Under the pieces are notes generated by a model. The model had not been told where the DNA came from and made no database searches. It saw only the letters and a program-made list of their open reading frames with translations. A DNA stretch of 64,000 bases from assembly GCF_947568905.1 (NCBI RefSeq), contig NC_079172.1, positions 60,202,001 through 60,266,000 on the forward strand, given 5' to 3'. Shown here in pieces: positions 37,866-47,849 of the stretch. Within the stretch, counting starts at the first letter, position 1. Each line of letters starts with the position of its first letter. The translations under genes were made by a program, and so were the position numbers. The DNA is from Ostrea edulis (lineage: Eukaryota).

Positions 37866-38356
37866 GTAAGTCTCACACAGATAGGGTAAGTCTCACACAG
37901 ATAGGGTAAGTCACACAGATATGGTAAGTCTCACACAGATAGGGTAAGTTCACACAGATAGGGTAAATCTCACACACAGATAGGGTAAGTCTCGCATAGA
38001 TAGGGTAAGTCTCACACAGATAGGGTAAATCTCACACACAGATAGGATAAGTTTCACACAGATAGGGTAAATCTCACGCAGATAGGGTAAGTCTCACACA
38101 GATAGGGTAAGTCTCACACAGATAGGGTAAGTCTCACACACAGATAGGGTAAGTCTCACACACAGATAGGGTAAGTCTCACACATATAGGGTAAATCCCA
38201 CACAGATAGGGTAAGTCTCACATAGATAGGGTAAGTCCCACACAGATAGGGTAAGTCTCACACAGATAGGGTAAGTCTCACACAGATGTGTAAGTCTCAC
38301 ACAGATAGGGTAAGTCTCACACAGATAGGGTAAGTTTCACACAGATAGGGTAAGTC
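37861..38356 (+). repeat. ~20-bp x25 tandem array of the ERGIC1 exon-7/intron-7 junction
   Basis: Unit ATAGG|GTAAGTCTCACACAG; the first copy is the true donor. Confidence 0.97.
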
Positions 38357-38594
38357 AAACAGAGAAATGTATGTATCAATATACATTATATTGTATGAAG
38401 ATGTCTTTATAATTCAAACCGTTAATGAATTATGATTATGCAGAAGTAACCTGGAATTCTTGTTTTGTTTGTTTGTTTGATTGTAGTTTCTTTGTTTGGT
38501 TAAAGTCTGTTTGTTCATTCTTTAATTTATTGTAGTTTCTATGTATTGTGTAGAACTGTGTATTTGAGTAAATGGAATTTGTTTTTTTTTTTAG

Positions 38595-38717
38595 GATGTT
38601 ATTCAGTATGGCCATGGTGGTCGAATGATGCCAGCAATCTGGTTTCGGTATGATCTCAGTCCCATTACTGTCCGATACAAGGAAAAAAGAAAGCCATTCT
38701 ACACATTCCTTACTACG
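38595..38717 (+). CDS. ERGIC1: ERGIC1 exon 8
   Basis: ttttag|GAT...ACG|gtacac, 123 nt. Encodes DVIQYGHGGRMMPAIWFRYDLSPITVRYKEKRKPFYTFLTT; PAIWFRYDLSPITV is an ERGIC1 hallmark. Confidence 0.96.
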
Positions 38718-38988
38718 GTACACAATTTTGAATTGAAAGTTAGTTTGCGGGGAAAAGTTTCTTTGACAAAATACAACAAATTTTCTACAGCATTTGTTCT
38801 ATGAAATTATTTCCTTATTGCTAGTTGTAAATTTATTGCAACATGGGATCTATTGCCAGGGTGGTCAGGTTAAGGGGGCGGGGCACATACTAACGGTAAA
38901 TTCTGGTGTCTGTAGGTCTGTGGCATTATTGGTCAGGTTAAGGGGGCGGGGCACATACTAACAGTAAATTCTGTTGTCATTTCTGTAG

Positions 38989-39096
38989 GTCTGTGCCATT
39001 GTTGGGGGGACATTCACTGTCGCTGGGATTATTGATTCCTGCATCTTCACGGCAGCTGAAGTCTTCAGGAAGCTCGAGATCGGAAAACTCAGTTGA
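38989..39096 (+). CDS. ERGIC1: ERGIC1 exon 9 (TM2 and C-terminal tail)
   Basis: ctgtag|GTC...TGA, 108 nt. Encodes VCAIVGGTFTVAGIIDSCIFTAAEVFRKLEIGKLS*. Confidence 0.96.
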   Translation, partial: VCAIVGGTFTVAGIIDSCIFTAAEVFRKLEIGKLS

Positions 39097-42000
39097 TCTT
39101 TAGGAGTACTAGTTCTGATTACAAAATTCACCACATCCATCTAGTCATCAGAATACACTAATGGACTGTTTCATCAGCTGTGAAAGTTTACGAACTTTGG
39201 TATACTCTGACTGTGAGGGTGCTATAGAAATGTTGGATACTGTGGTGATGTCAGCATTTGTGTGCAATTTGAATTAATTTCTTATCTCCAATTTGTATGA
39301 CTCTTTTTTCCCATTTTTATTATGAGGTTATGTTACAAATCCACTGAATGCCATATCTCTGAGTGGTTGTTGGTATAAATGTAATAATTTTGTTGGAAGA
39401 GTATGATATGCAAATCAGAGATTTTAAAGGTGGATGTAGGACTGAAATATCGAGTGCGATATTTTCATATTTTTAGATATACCATGTGACAAATCATTAT
39501 CACATCATTTTTTAAACAATTGATTCTGTTTTGTTTGTGTGCCTTTATATTATAATATTTGTATTGCCAAAATGGAAACAATTCTTAACAAAGTAGCCAG
39601 CACGGCAAGACTTTTAAACACTCTAGTTTTAAAGCATTTCTTTGGACAAGTGCATTATGGTACAGTGGTGTCTGTCTGTCCGTCTGTGTGTCTTCTGCAT
39701 TTTTACCTATGCGTTCACAGATTGCATTGAAACTTGAATTGAAATAGAGTTCCTCCAGATTTTGTTGCATTTTACCAACTTTTGCAAGAGTTATGCCCCT
39801 TTATGTGATATTTGATTTACAATGCAAGTTGTGAAGCTAGGACCTTATAAAATCAGTGTTTTCTTGGTTATTGAAGAAATGCACACTGAAGGATTAATGC
39901 AGTTTTGTGAGCCTCATCTAGTGTACAATTTACCCCGCACTGGTGATATTTTTTGTTTACATTTATAAAATTCAGTTTCCTGTAATGTTACAAATATTGG
40001 ACTTGAACTTTGAACTGATAATGATGATGGGCATATTTTGTACCTTTTGTGGTTCTCTTGTTAACTGGGAACAATAGAAATGCATGCACATGTGCAAGAC
40101 CAATAGTCAATGGGTGATAACCCCAAAATGTAAATGTTACCAACAAGTATATAGATAGATATATAGATAGATGAATATTCGTAGAAATTTATCACATTCC
40201 AATCACAGAGAATACTGTATCTGTACATTTAATGATGACCAGTTTTTTTCCCTGGCTTTCAACAATTTTGTAGATTTATGCTTTCCAGTGTTATTTGATA
40301 TCAAGTTCTGCACTTACAAGAAGTAATAGTAAAACGAAGTGTGCATAGTTTTATACGTGAAGATGATACTGTAAAAGCAGAATCAAGCTGTAACAGCAAA
40401 ATGTGTTCAGATATCTGTGCAGAGCTCATGATCAGATATCTGTGGAGCTCATGTTCAGATATCTGTGCAGAGCTTCAGCTGTAACAGCAGAATATGTTTA
40501 GATATCTATGCAGAGCTCATGTTCAGATATCTGTGTGGAGCTCATGTTCAGATATATGTGCTGGGATTGATATCTAGGGTAAATTTGATTCCGTCAATAA
40601 ATATATGCCTGCAGTATTTTCTGGGTTTTTATTGTACAGATATATTTTTATTTTCAGAGATTGTTAAGATATCTATGTTGGTATGGGAGATTGTTGGACT
40701 GTTTGAACCTCCAAGATGTTTGTTTGTTAAATGATTTTTGCAATACTGGGAAATATTGTTATGGAATGTTGCTGCTGAATATGTTGCCTCTATCTGAGAT
40801 GACTGTTTAGATCTGTTCATATCCAGTTACTGTGATAAGTCAAAATTTCTCTTTAGTACTATTATTTTCAGTCTACAGACTCCCATGCATTATTAAATTT
40901 ATTGACTCTGGCGTGAATAACAGTGCTTCATGAACCCACATTCAATTTGTCTTAGAAATATTGAAAAGTGTAGAATTATGTGAAATTTTCAACTTATCTA
41001 TTAATTTGTAAGATACAAGCATACTGACTTTGAAAACTTCCAATAATGCAATATTTACATCCTTATAGTTTTATTACAGAGTTTTAAGACTCCTGTTTTA
41101 TCTCAGTGAGATACCACAATACCGTAATGTTTATAGAACAGATTCAAAACAGCAGTGGAACATTTCATTGATCAGAGCAATGCAAGATATAATTAGAAGA
41201 CTGCAGGTGTACTCTATAAATAATGATAAAATGATAGATATATCTCTTTTTATTTATAAAATGTAGACAAGACACTCCAATATGAGAACAAATAACATAC
41301 AGAGTAGTGATTGGACTGAACAAAAGATCAGCAGGTGTCATGGGAATATTGCAGCAGATGTGAATTTAGGATGAAAGGGTAGCAAGATATACATGATAGT
41401 GTCTACTAGTGGTACTTTAATATGGCATATGTATGTAAAATACAGAAACAGTTGTAAACTGCATGTTAATTATTGAAAGATATATATTTTGCTATTTCAA
41501 ACTTGATTTTTTTTATATGATGAATAGGAAACAAGTTCTAAAACTTATATGAATGCAATTTTATTTGTTTACAAGATTCACCCATTTAGCAAGGAAAATA
41601 TAGGATTAATGAAGACAAAATCTGAAATCAGGGGGTAGGTGGTCACGCGAGTCCATTTCACCGGGTATTGACCTACATTTAGCTGTCTCTATACAGAAAG
41701 ATCTGAATAATATTTTGAAGAAGCAATTTGTCTCCGTTTTGTCACAAAGCAAGTCCCGGCATCAATAGTTTATTATTACAAATTCTGATCAGGCTGGGGA
41801 TATACATGTTTTTGTTGAGACAGATTGCACCATATGTATAATAATAAGATACTTTTTCAGAAACACAATGTTCAATATTGAACAAGTGTTAGAAGGTTGT
41901 GAGTTTCACAAGACAGAAATTTATTATGATGTATATTAAAAGTAATAACGTTACATATTACCACATTTTGTTTTAATTAGAATTGCAATTTTATTTCAAC

Positions 42001-42156
42001 CCAAACATACTAGGGTATGTACACTGTAAAGAACAGCGTTCAGAAACTGAGTTTCAAGACATCGCTTTACACTTTATTTATGGGAGTGGGACCAGGTATT
42101 TGATGTTTTTTGTTGAAATAAACTTTTTATTTAAGTCTTTTATTTTATTTGTCTGT

Positions 42157-43185
42157 TTACTCAGTGGAATTATCACGTGAAGAAGGATAATGCCTGGTTA
42201 CTTTTTCAAAAATTGTATTGTTGTTTACGTGTGGAATGGAACGTTGATGGACAAGTCTGTCTTTGAATGTCAAATAAAAACGGTGCATGATAAAAACGTC
42301 AGCCATGGCGATAATTGCAATGAGACCGAAGGTACTCCAGAACGAGGCTGTTACCCGTGGGAGGCGGAAGAGTTTACGGAATAGCATATCCCAAATGATG
42401 CCATCCACGTGACTATCGGAGGCTTGGATCATAAGCAAGTGAAAAACTTGGTGACTGTTTCCAAAGAAGTCGAACTTACCCGGAAACAGTCGTTCTGGAA
42501 GTCGGGATGAGAAAAAGAATCCACTGGCAACCATGTTGAATATTTGCTTACTGTGGTGATAGATTCCCTCTGTTGTCTCGGAACTCAGTATCCGGTTTAC
42601 AATTGGAATTATGGATAAAACATACAACAGACCTATTCCGGTGGCAGTGAGAATGCTCCGGTGCTTGGAGTGGGGGTCGTGTATAACAGCTTTAGAAACA
42701 GCACCGCAAACGCAACAAAAAATTGCTAAAACTGAACCAGTGAAGAGCACCTGCTGTTGTGACGTAATGTCAACATGTACTGAGTAATGGTAGTGGTTCA
42801 GGACGGCGCCGAATCCAAAGAGACCGATGAATGCAAAGTCTACCATAAATATGCAGCAGTTTACTTCTTTTGATTTGTGAGAGAACATATGAGCAAAGCT
42901 GCTAGCAAGATATGTTGCAAAGAATGACAGTAGACTTGTGAGCAATGGCCACGTGTACAGGTCACAGAGGTCAAAGGTGACGGAAACTTTGTAAAGACGT
43001 GACGTCATGACTAGCGTACCCACCACGTGAGTCCAGACGTTAAGAGTTTCCATGTTGTTGTAGAAGACGCTGTACAGGTAGAATCTCCATGGCTGGTGGA
43101 GATATCGGTACCCAGTCTCAATGAATGGCACGTGGAAGTAGGTGGGCACTTGGGATTTATCAAGGGTCTTTTTATACAGCGCCAT
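42157..43185 (-). CDS. PAQR family protein, membrane progestin receptor-like (class II, PAQR7/8-like), paralog A, single coding exon, 342 aa
   Basis: PAQR motifs ETLNVWTH (ExxxNxxxH), SSFAH, PERLFPGKFDFFGNSHQVFH and about 7 hydrophobic segments. The ATG sits directly after a pyrimidine tract and AAG acceptor. Confidence 0.92.
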   Translation of the reverse strand: MALYKKTLDKSQVPTYFHVPFIETGYRYLHQPWRFYLYSVFYNNMETLNVWTHVVGTLVMTSRLYKVSVTFDLCDLYTWPLLTSLLSFFATYLASSFAHMFSHKSKEVNCCIFMVDFAFIGLFGFGAVLNHYHYSVHVDITSQQQVLFTGSVLAIFCCVCGAVSKAVIHDPHSKHRSILTATGIGLLYVLSIIPIVNRILSSETTEGIYHHSKQIFNMVASGFFFSSRLPERLFPGKFDFFGNSHQVFHLLMIQASDSHVDGIIWDMLFRKLFRLPRVTASFWSTFGLIAIIAMADVFIMHRFYLTFKDRLVHQRSIPHVNNNTIFEKVTRHYPSSRDNSTE

Positions 43186-43499
43186 CTTAAAAAAGAAGAA
43201 GAGGAAATCAAATTACCATGGCTGTAGATCTGCTTTCTGAACAAAACAAATATTGTGACGTCCATATATGCATGTTTGGGGAGTGGTGCAGAGCAGAGCG
43301 TTTCTTGGCAACACATGGCCTAAAAACCCTCCATTTAGAAATGAAAAACATATTCTTATCACCATCGACCAGGCCTGTTATACTTGTGAAATTGAAATCT
43401 TATTCTGGTATCCGTAACATTAATGTGAAGTTAAGTCCTCCCCTCTCCAGAAAAATCTCTACGTCAAGTGTCATAAAATGGAATATTTTCTTAGTTTGG

Positions 43500-43765
43500 G
43501 GACTCCGGGTTAGGACGGATCCTCAGTACCCTTTGCTTGTCGTAAGAGGCGACTAAATGGGGTGGTCCTTCGGATGATACTGCAAAAAAAACGAGGTCCC
43601 GTGTCACAGCAGATGTGGCACGATAAAGATCCCTCCATGCTCAAAGACCGTAAGCGCAGAGCATAAGCATAAATTTTACTGCTCTTCACCGGAAATGGTG
43701 ACGTCTCCATATGAATGAAAGATTCTTGAGATGGACGTTAATAAACATTATTCAGTCAATCAATC
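43500..43765 (+). mobile_element. SINE-like element, second subfamily
   Basis: CCTCAGTACCC...GTCGTAAGAGGCGACTAAATGGGG...GAGGTCCCGTGTCACAGCAG...GGTGACGTCTCCATATGA...CAATCAATC. Confidence 0.8.
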
Positions 43766-43769
43766 TTAA

Positions 43770-44135
43770 ACAATCCTGGTGTCCATAACACTAAAGTGGA
43801 GTTCCCAAAGAAGAAATGAGGTCAAAAAGTTAGGAACGAAAAGAAAGTTCTTGTCACAAGCAATGCACGTGTATAAATATGAAAGCCCCAGCACTATGCG
43901 TTCAAAAGTTATGGCCAAAGTAAAAATAAAATTCAAAAGGAGGCCAAACTCCAAAATCATGAGGTAAAACATTTTGTTACCTGAAGAAGACCCCCCCCCC
44001 CCCCCCCCTTGTGAAAGGGAATACAAATGTGATAAATTAAAGCCGTTTCACAAACCATTCAAAAGATATGACCAAGGTTTAAACAAGCAAATGGACAGAC
44101 CAAAAACTATATGCCCGAATTAGGGAGGCATAAAA
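43770..44135 (+). repeat. Degenerate oyster satellite monomers (Cg170-like) in a non-autonomous Helitron-related element
   Basis: TCTTGTCACAAG...TATGAAAGCCC...TTCAAAAGTTATGGCC motifs and an AAAACTATATGCCC end. Family assignment is from memory. Confidence 0.5.
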
Positions 44136-44378
44136 ACATGCACGTGTCGCATAATACGATATTTTCTCAAATAATTCTCTGAAGTCATCAGGGGTTCAAT
44201 TTTGATGAAAAGTGCACCATTAATGCGAGTCAATATGTAGTCTCTAATCATAATTTTGAGATTATTATATAACTATCTACATGTCCATCTATTTCATGGA
44301 AACCCTTAGAATTAATCTCGGATTACCTTAGAATATGTTGCGGTTCATTTGACAGCTCGCAATGTCTCACTAATTAAT

Positions 44379-44746
44379 TGTAACAGGAAGGGAGAAAATG
44401 CAACGGACCAGACCGAGATTCGAACCTGGCCCCCTGTATCTCTAGTCAGGTGCTCTACCAACTGAGCTATCTGGCCACCGGCGATCGAATCCGGCTGACC
44501 GTTACGCGCCTCCCTCCCTATATGTCTTCACACCTGAAGACATCAACCCAGGATCTTTATCCCCCTGGCAGGTATTTTCACCTGTCAGTTCCAGGGGCTG
44601 GTCTACGGCACCAAATGTAAGAGGAAGGGAGAAAATGCAACGGACCAGACCGGGATTCGAACCCGGGACCCCTGAATCTCTTTAGTCAGGTGCTCTACAA
44701 ACGGAGCTATCTGGCCACCGGCGATCGAACCTGGCTGACCGCTACA
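44379..44746 (-). mobile_element. TRIM (miniature LTR element) with tRNA-derived LTRs, Helenus-like
   Basis: Two ~130-bp direct repeats (44379-44506, 44616-44746) with TGTA...TACA-type ends, each holding A and B boxes (TAGCTCAGTTGGTAGAGC, GGTTCGAAT). PBS TGGTGCCGT follows the 5' LTR, PPT AGGGAGGGAGG precedes the 3' LTR, flanks are taat/caat. Confidence 0.85.
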
Positions 44747-44769
44747 CAATATTTAATGTTGACGTCAGA

Positions 44770-45490
44770 ATACCCTACCACTAACCATTCAAAAGTTATG
44801 GCCCAGGTCGAAGTTTGTCAACAGTAAGTCAAACTCCCAGGATTAGGTAAAACATTCTGGTACTAAAAAGGTCTTGTCAAAAGGGATGCACGTGAAATAT
44901 GAAACCTTAGGAAAAGAAAGATCTTGTCACAAGGAATGCACGTGTATAGATATGAAAATTCCACCACAAGCATTCAAAAAGTTTTAAACAATTTCAAAAG
45001 TAGCCCAAACGTCAAGATCATGCGGTACAAATTATGCAAAATGAAGAATGGTCGCGTCAAAAGGAATACACGTGTGAAATCCCTATCAATAACCATTGAA
45101 AAGTTATGACAAAGTTAAAGTTTTTCAAAAGTCAAGGTCGTGAGGTAAAAAATGTGTTGCCTAGAGAAAGTTCTTGTCAAAAGGAATACACTTGTGAAAA
45201 TGAAAGCCCTATCGCTAACCATTCAAAAGTTATACCTAGGTTAAAGTTTTTCAAAAGTAGATCAAACGCCAAGGTGAAGGTCACAAAGTCAACAATATTG
45301 GTACCAACAGAAAGGATTTATCACTGATATTAAAATTTTGGTTGACCTTTATAAATACTTTAGTTAAAGGTCATAGGAAACATGGAAAAATAGAATATGA
45401 AAATTCAGCTCAAATCGTGGCCATGTCCCTTTTAAGTTTTTGCGGACAAACTGACAGACGGACAGAATAAAAAAAACTATATGCCCCCAA
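44770..45490 (+). repeat. Degenerate Cg170-like monomers, second block
   Basis: Four to five diverged 120-170-bp copies of the same motifs, ending GACAGACGGACAG...AACTATATGCCCC. Confidence 0.5.
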
Positions 45491-46820
45491 ATAGCGTAGA
45501 AATCAACTAAACAGTGAGATGTAAAAAGCTTGCTTTACCCCCTCGCCCTGAATCTACATGTTTGACGTGTTTAGACAAATCCAGTGACGCGTGTTCTTAA
45601 TATTAATGTTTTATCTTCACACCTTTTCCAGAAATATGGCAATATCAAACACAGTACTATTGAATTTCATCGCACTCTTTTTCTATACAACCTTTAAAAA
45701 ACGAATTGCTTTGTATTTTTAAATCAAAACATTTCTGCTGAAGTTGATGGTAAAGCTAAATTTCAAATGTTTTCTAGATTAATGGCGTTTACAACTTTGG
45801 ATGCCAACCGACTTCATGAGGTGCTTCTTTAAAAACGTTGCTGTGTTTGAAATGCATGCGTGCAATATAGGCCTACAACCTTTTACATTAAAACTCTGTT
45901 ACGCTCCTGTATATTACGAGAAAGTTACTGTGTTGCAACGGTTACAAAGTTTGACCACCAAACATACCAAAGTCCGAGATTAGCCACTTTAACGTCAAAG
46001 ACTAAAATTTAGTTGTATGAATCTGACAGTTTGATTCAATTTTTCAGAAATGGCGATAAATTATTGGTTACTTACATGACTTACTGACTGCTGCTGTTAG
46101 TGATCTGGCCGAACTGTTCTCTATATTACCCGGGCTATATACACCCTCCGGCTCAGCGATACATCATTACGTCACACCTCCCTTACACAAGGGTCAGTAT
46201 CCAAGCCATGGTGAAACGTATAATGGCGACTTGTTTGTCCCATGTTGTCCTTCCGTTATTTCGGAATGAAAAGACGACAAAATGCAAATTGTCATTCTAT
46301 CGTCTTTTCGTTCTGTCGTCATTTCGTTCTGTTATCGTCATTTTGTTATGTTGTTTTTTGTCCTGTCGTCATTTCGTTCTGTCATCGTCTTTTCGTACTG
46401 TCGTCATTTCGTTGTTGTCCTTTCGTTTTGTCATCTTTTCGTCCTGTCGGTTTTTCGTTACGTCGTTTTTTTGTTCTGTCGTCTTTTTGTCCTTTCGTGT
46501 AGAAACACAAGCCATCATACAAGTGGGGGCACTAGGGAATGCTGTTATGTCCTAAATGTTTAATAATGATCTGTTAGTAATAAACCTTTAAACATTGTAA
46601 GCTGACACACTAGTGCTTGTCAAAAAATATAGATATAAAAGAAACGTGTTGATTAAAGTCTTTACGATCAATGACATGCCGGTTTATAATAATTTGAAAA
46701 CCACCTTGATTCACTCGCTAACCCTCTCCTATCACCTATATATACAGTATACTACACCTATTTACAGTACTGTATACTAGCTATCCTCTGATGTCTATAT
46801 ACAATTACTCCTAATGTCTA

Positions 46821-47849
46821 TCATCCTCACAATGTCAGGGGTCCTGACACGAGTGGACTCCGGACCCCAGACAGTCCCACGGACACGAGTGGACTCAGGA
46901 CTCCTGACACGAGTGGACTCCGGACCCCAGACACGAGTGGACTCCGGACCCCTGACTGTCCCACGACACGAGTGGACTCGGGACTCCTGACACGAGTGGA
47001 CTAAGGTCCCAAGACAGTCCCAAGGACAAGAGTGGACTCCTGACACGAGTGGACTCAGGAACCCAGACACGAGTGGACTCAGGAACCCAGACACGAGTGG
47101 ACTCAGGTCCCCAGACACGAGTGGACTCAGGACCCCTGACAGGAGTGGATTGAGGTCCCCTGACACGAGTGGACTCAGGACCCCTGACACGAGTGGATTG
47201 AGGTCCCCTGACACGAGTGGACTCAGGACCCCTGACACGAGTGGATTGAGGTCCCCTGACACGAGTGGACTCAGGACCCCTGACACGAGTGGACTCAGGA
47301 CCCCTGACAGGAGTGGATTGAGGTCCCCTGACACGAGTGGACTCAGGACCTCTGACACGAGTGGATTGAGGTCCCCTGACACGAGTGGACTCAGGACCCC
47401 TGACACGAGTGGATTGAGATCCCCTGACACGAGTGGACTCAGGACCCCTGACACGAGTGGACTCAGGACTCCTGACACGAGTGGACTCAGGTCCCCTGAC
47501 ACAAGTGGATTGAGGTCCCCTGACACGAGTGGACTCAGGACCCCTGACACGAGTGGATTGAGGTCCCCTGACACGAGTGGACTCAGGACCCCTGACACGA
47601 GTGGACTCAGGACTCCTGACACGAGTGGACTCAGGTCCCCTGACACGAGTGGATTGAGGTCCCCTTACACGAGTGGACTCAGGACCCCTGACACGAGTGG
47701 ACTCAGGTCCCCTGACACGAGTGGACTCAGGACCCCTGACATGAGTGGAGTCAGGTCTCCAGACACGAGTGGATTGAGGTCCCCTGACACGAGTGGACTC
47801 AGGACCCCAGACACGAGTGGACTCAGGACTCCTGACATTGTGAGGGTGA
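46821..47849. mobile_element. TIR-bounded non-autonomous element whose body is a 24-bp tandem array (~40 units)
   Basis: TIRs TCATCCTCACAATGTCAGGGGTCCTGA / TCAGGACTCCTGACATTGTGAGGGTGA (2 mismatches in 27), flanked by a 7-bp direct repeat ATGTCTA. Unit CCTGACACGAGTGGACTCAGGACC. Confidence 0.8.

Noticed and set aside
44405-44475. tRNA-like sequences here and at about 44645-44710 and 32055-32125 as tRNA genes
   Set aside because: They have irregular anticodon loops and no proper acceptor stem, and they are embedded in LTRs or repeats.
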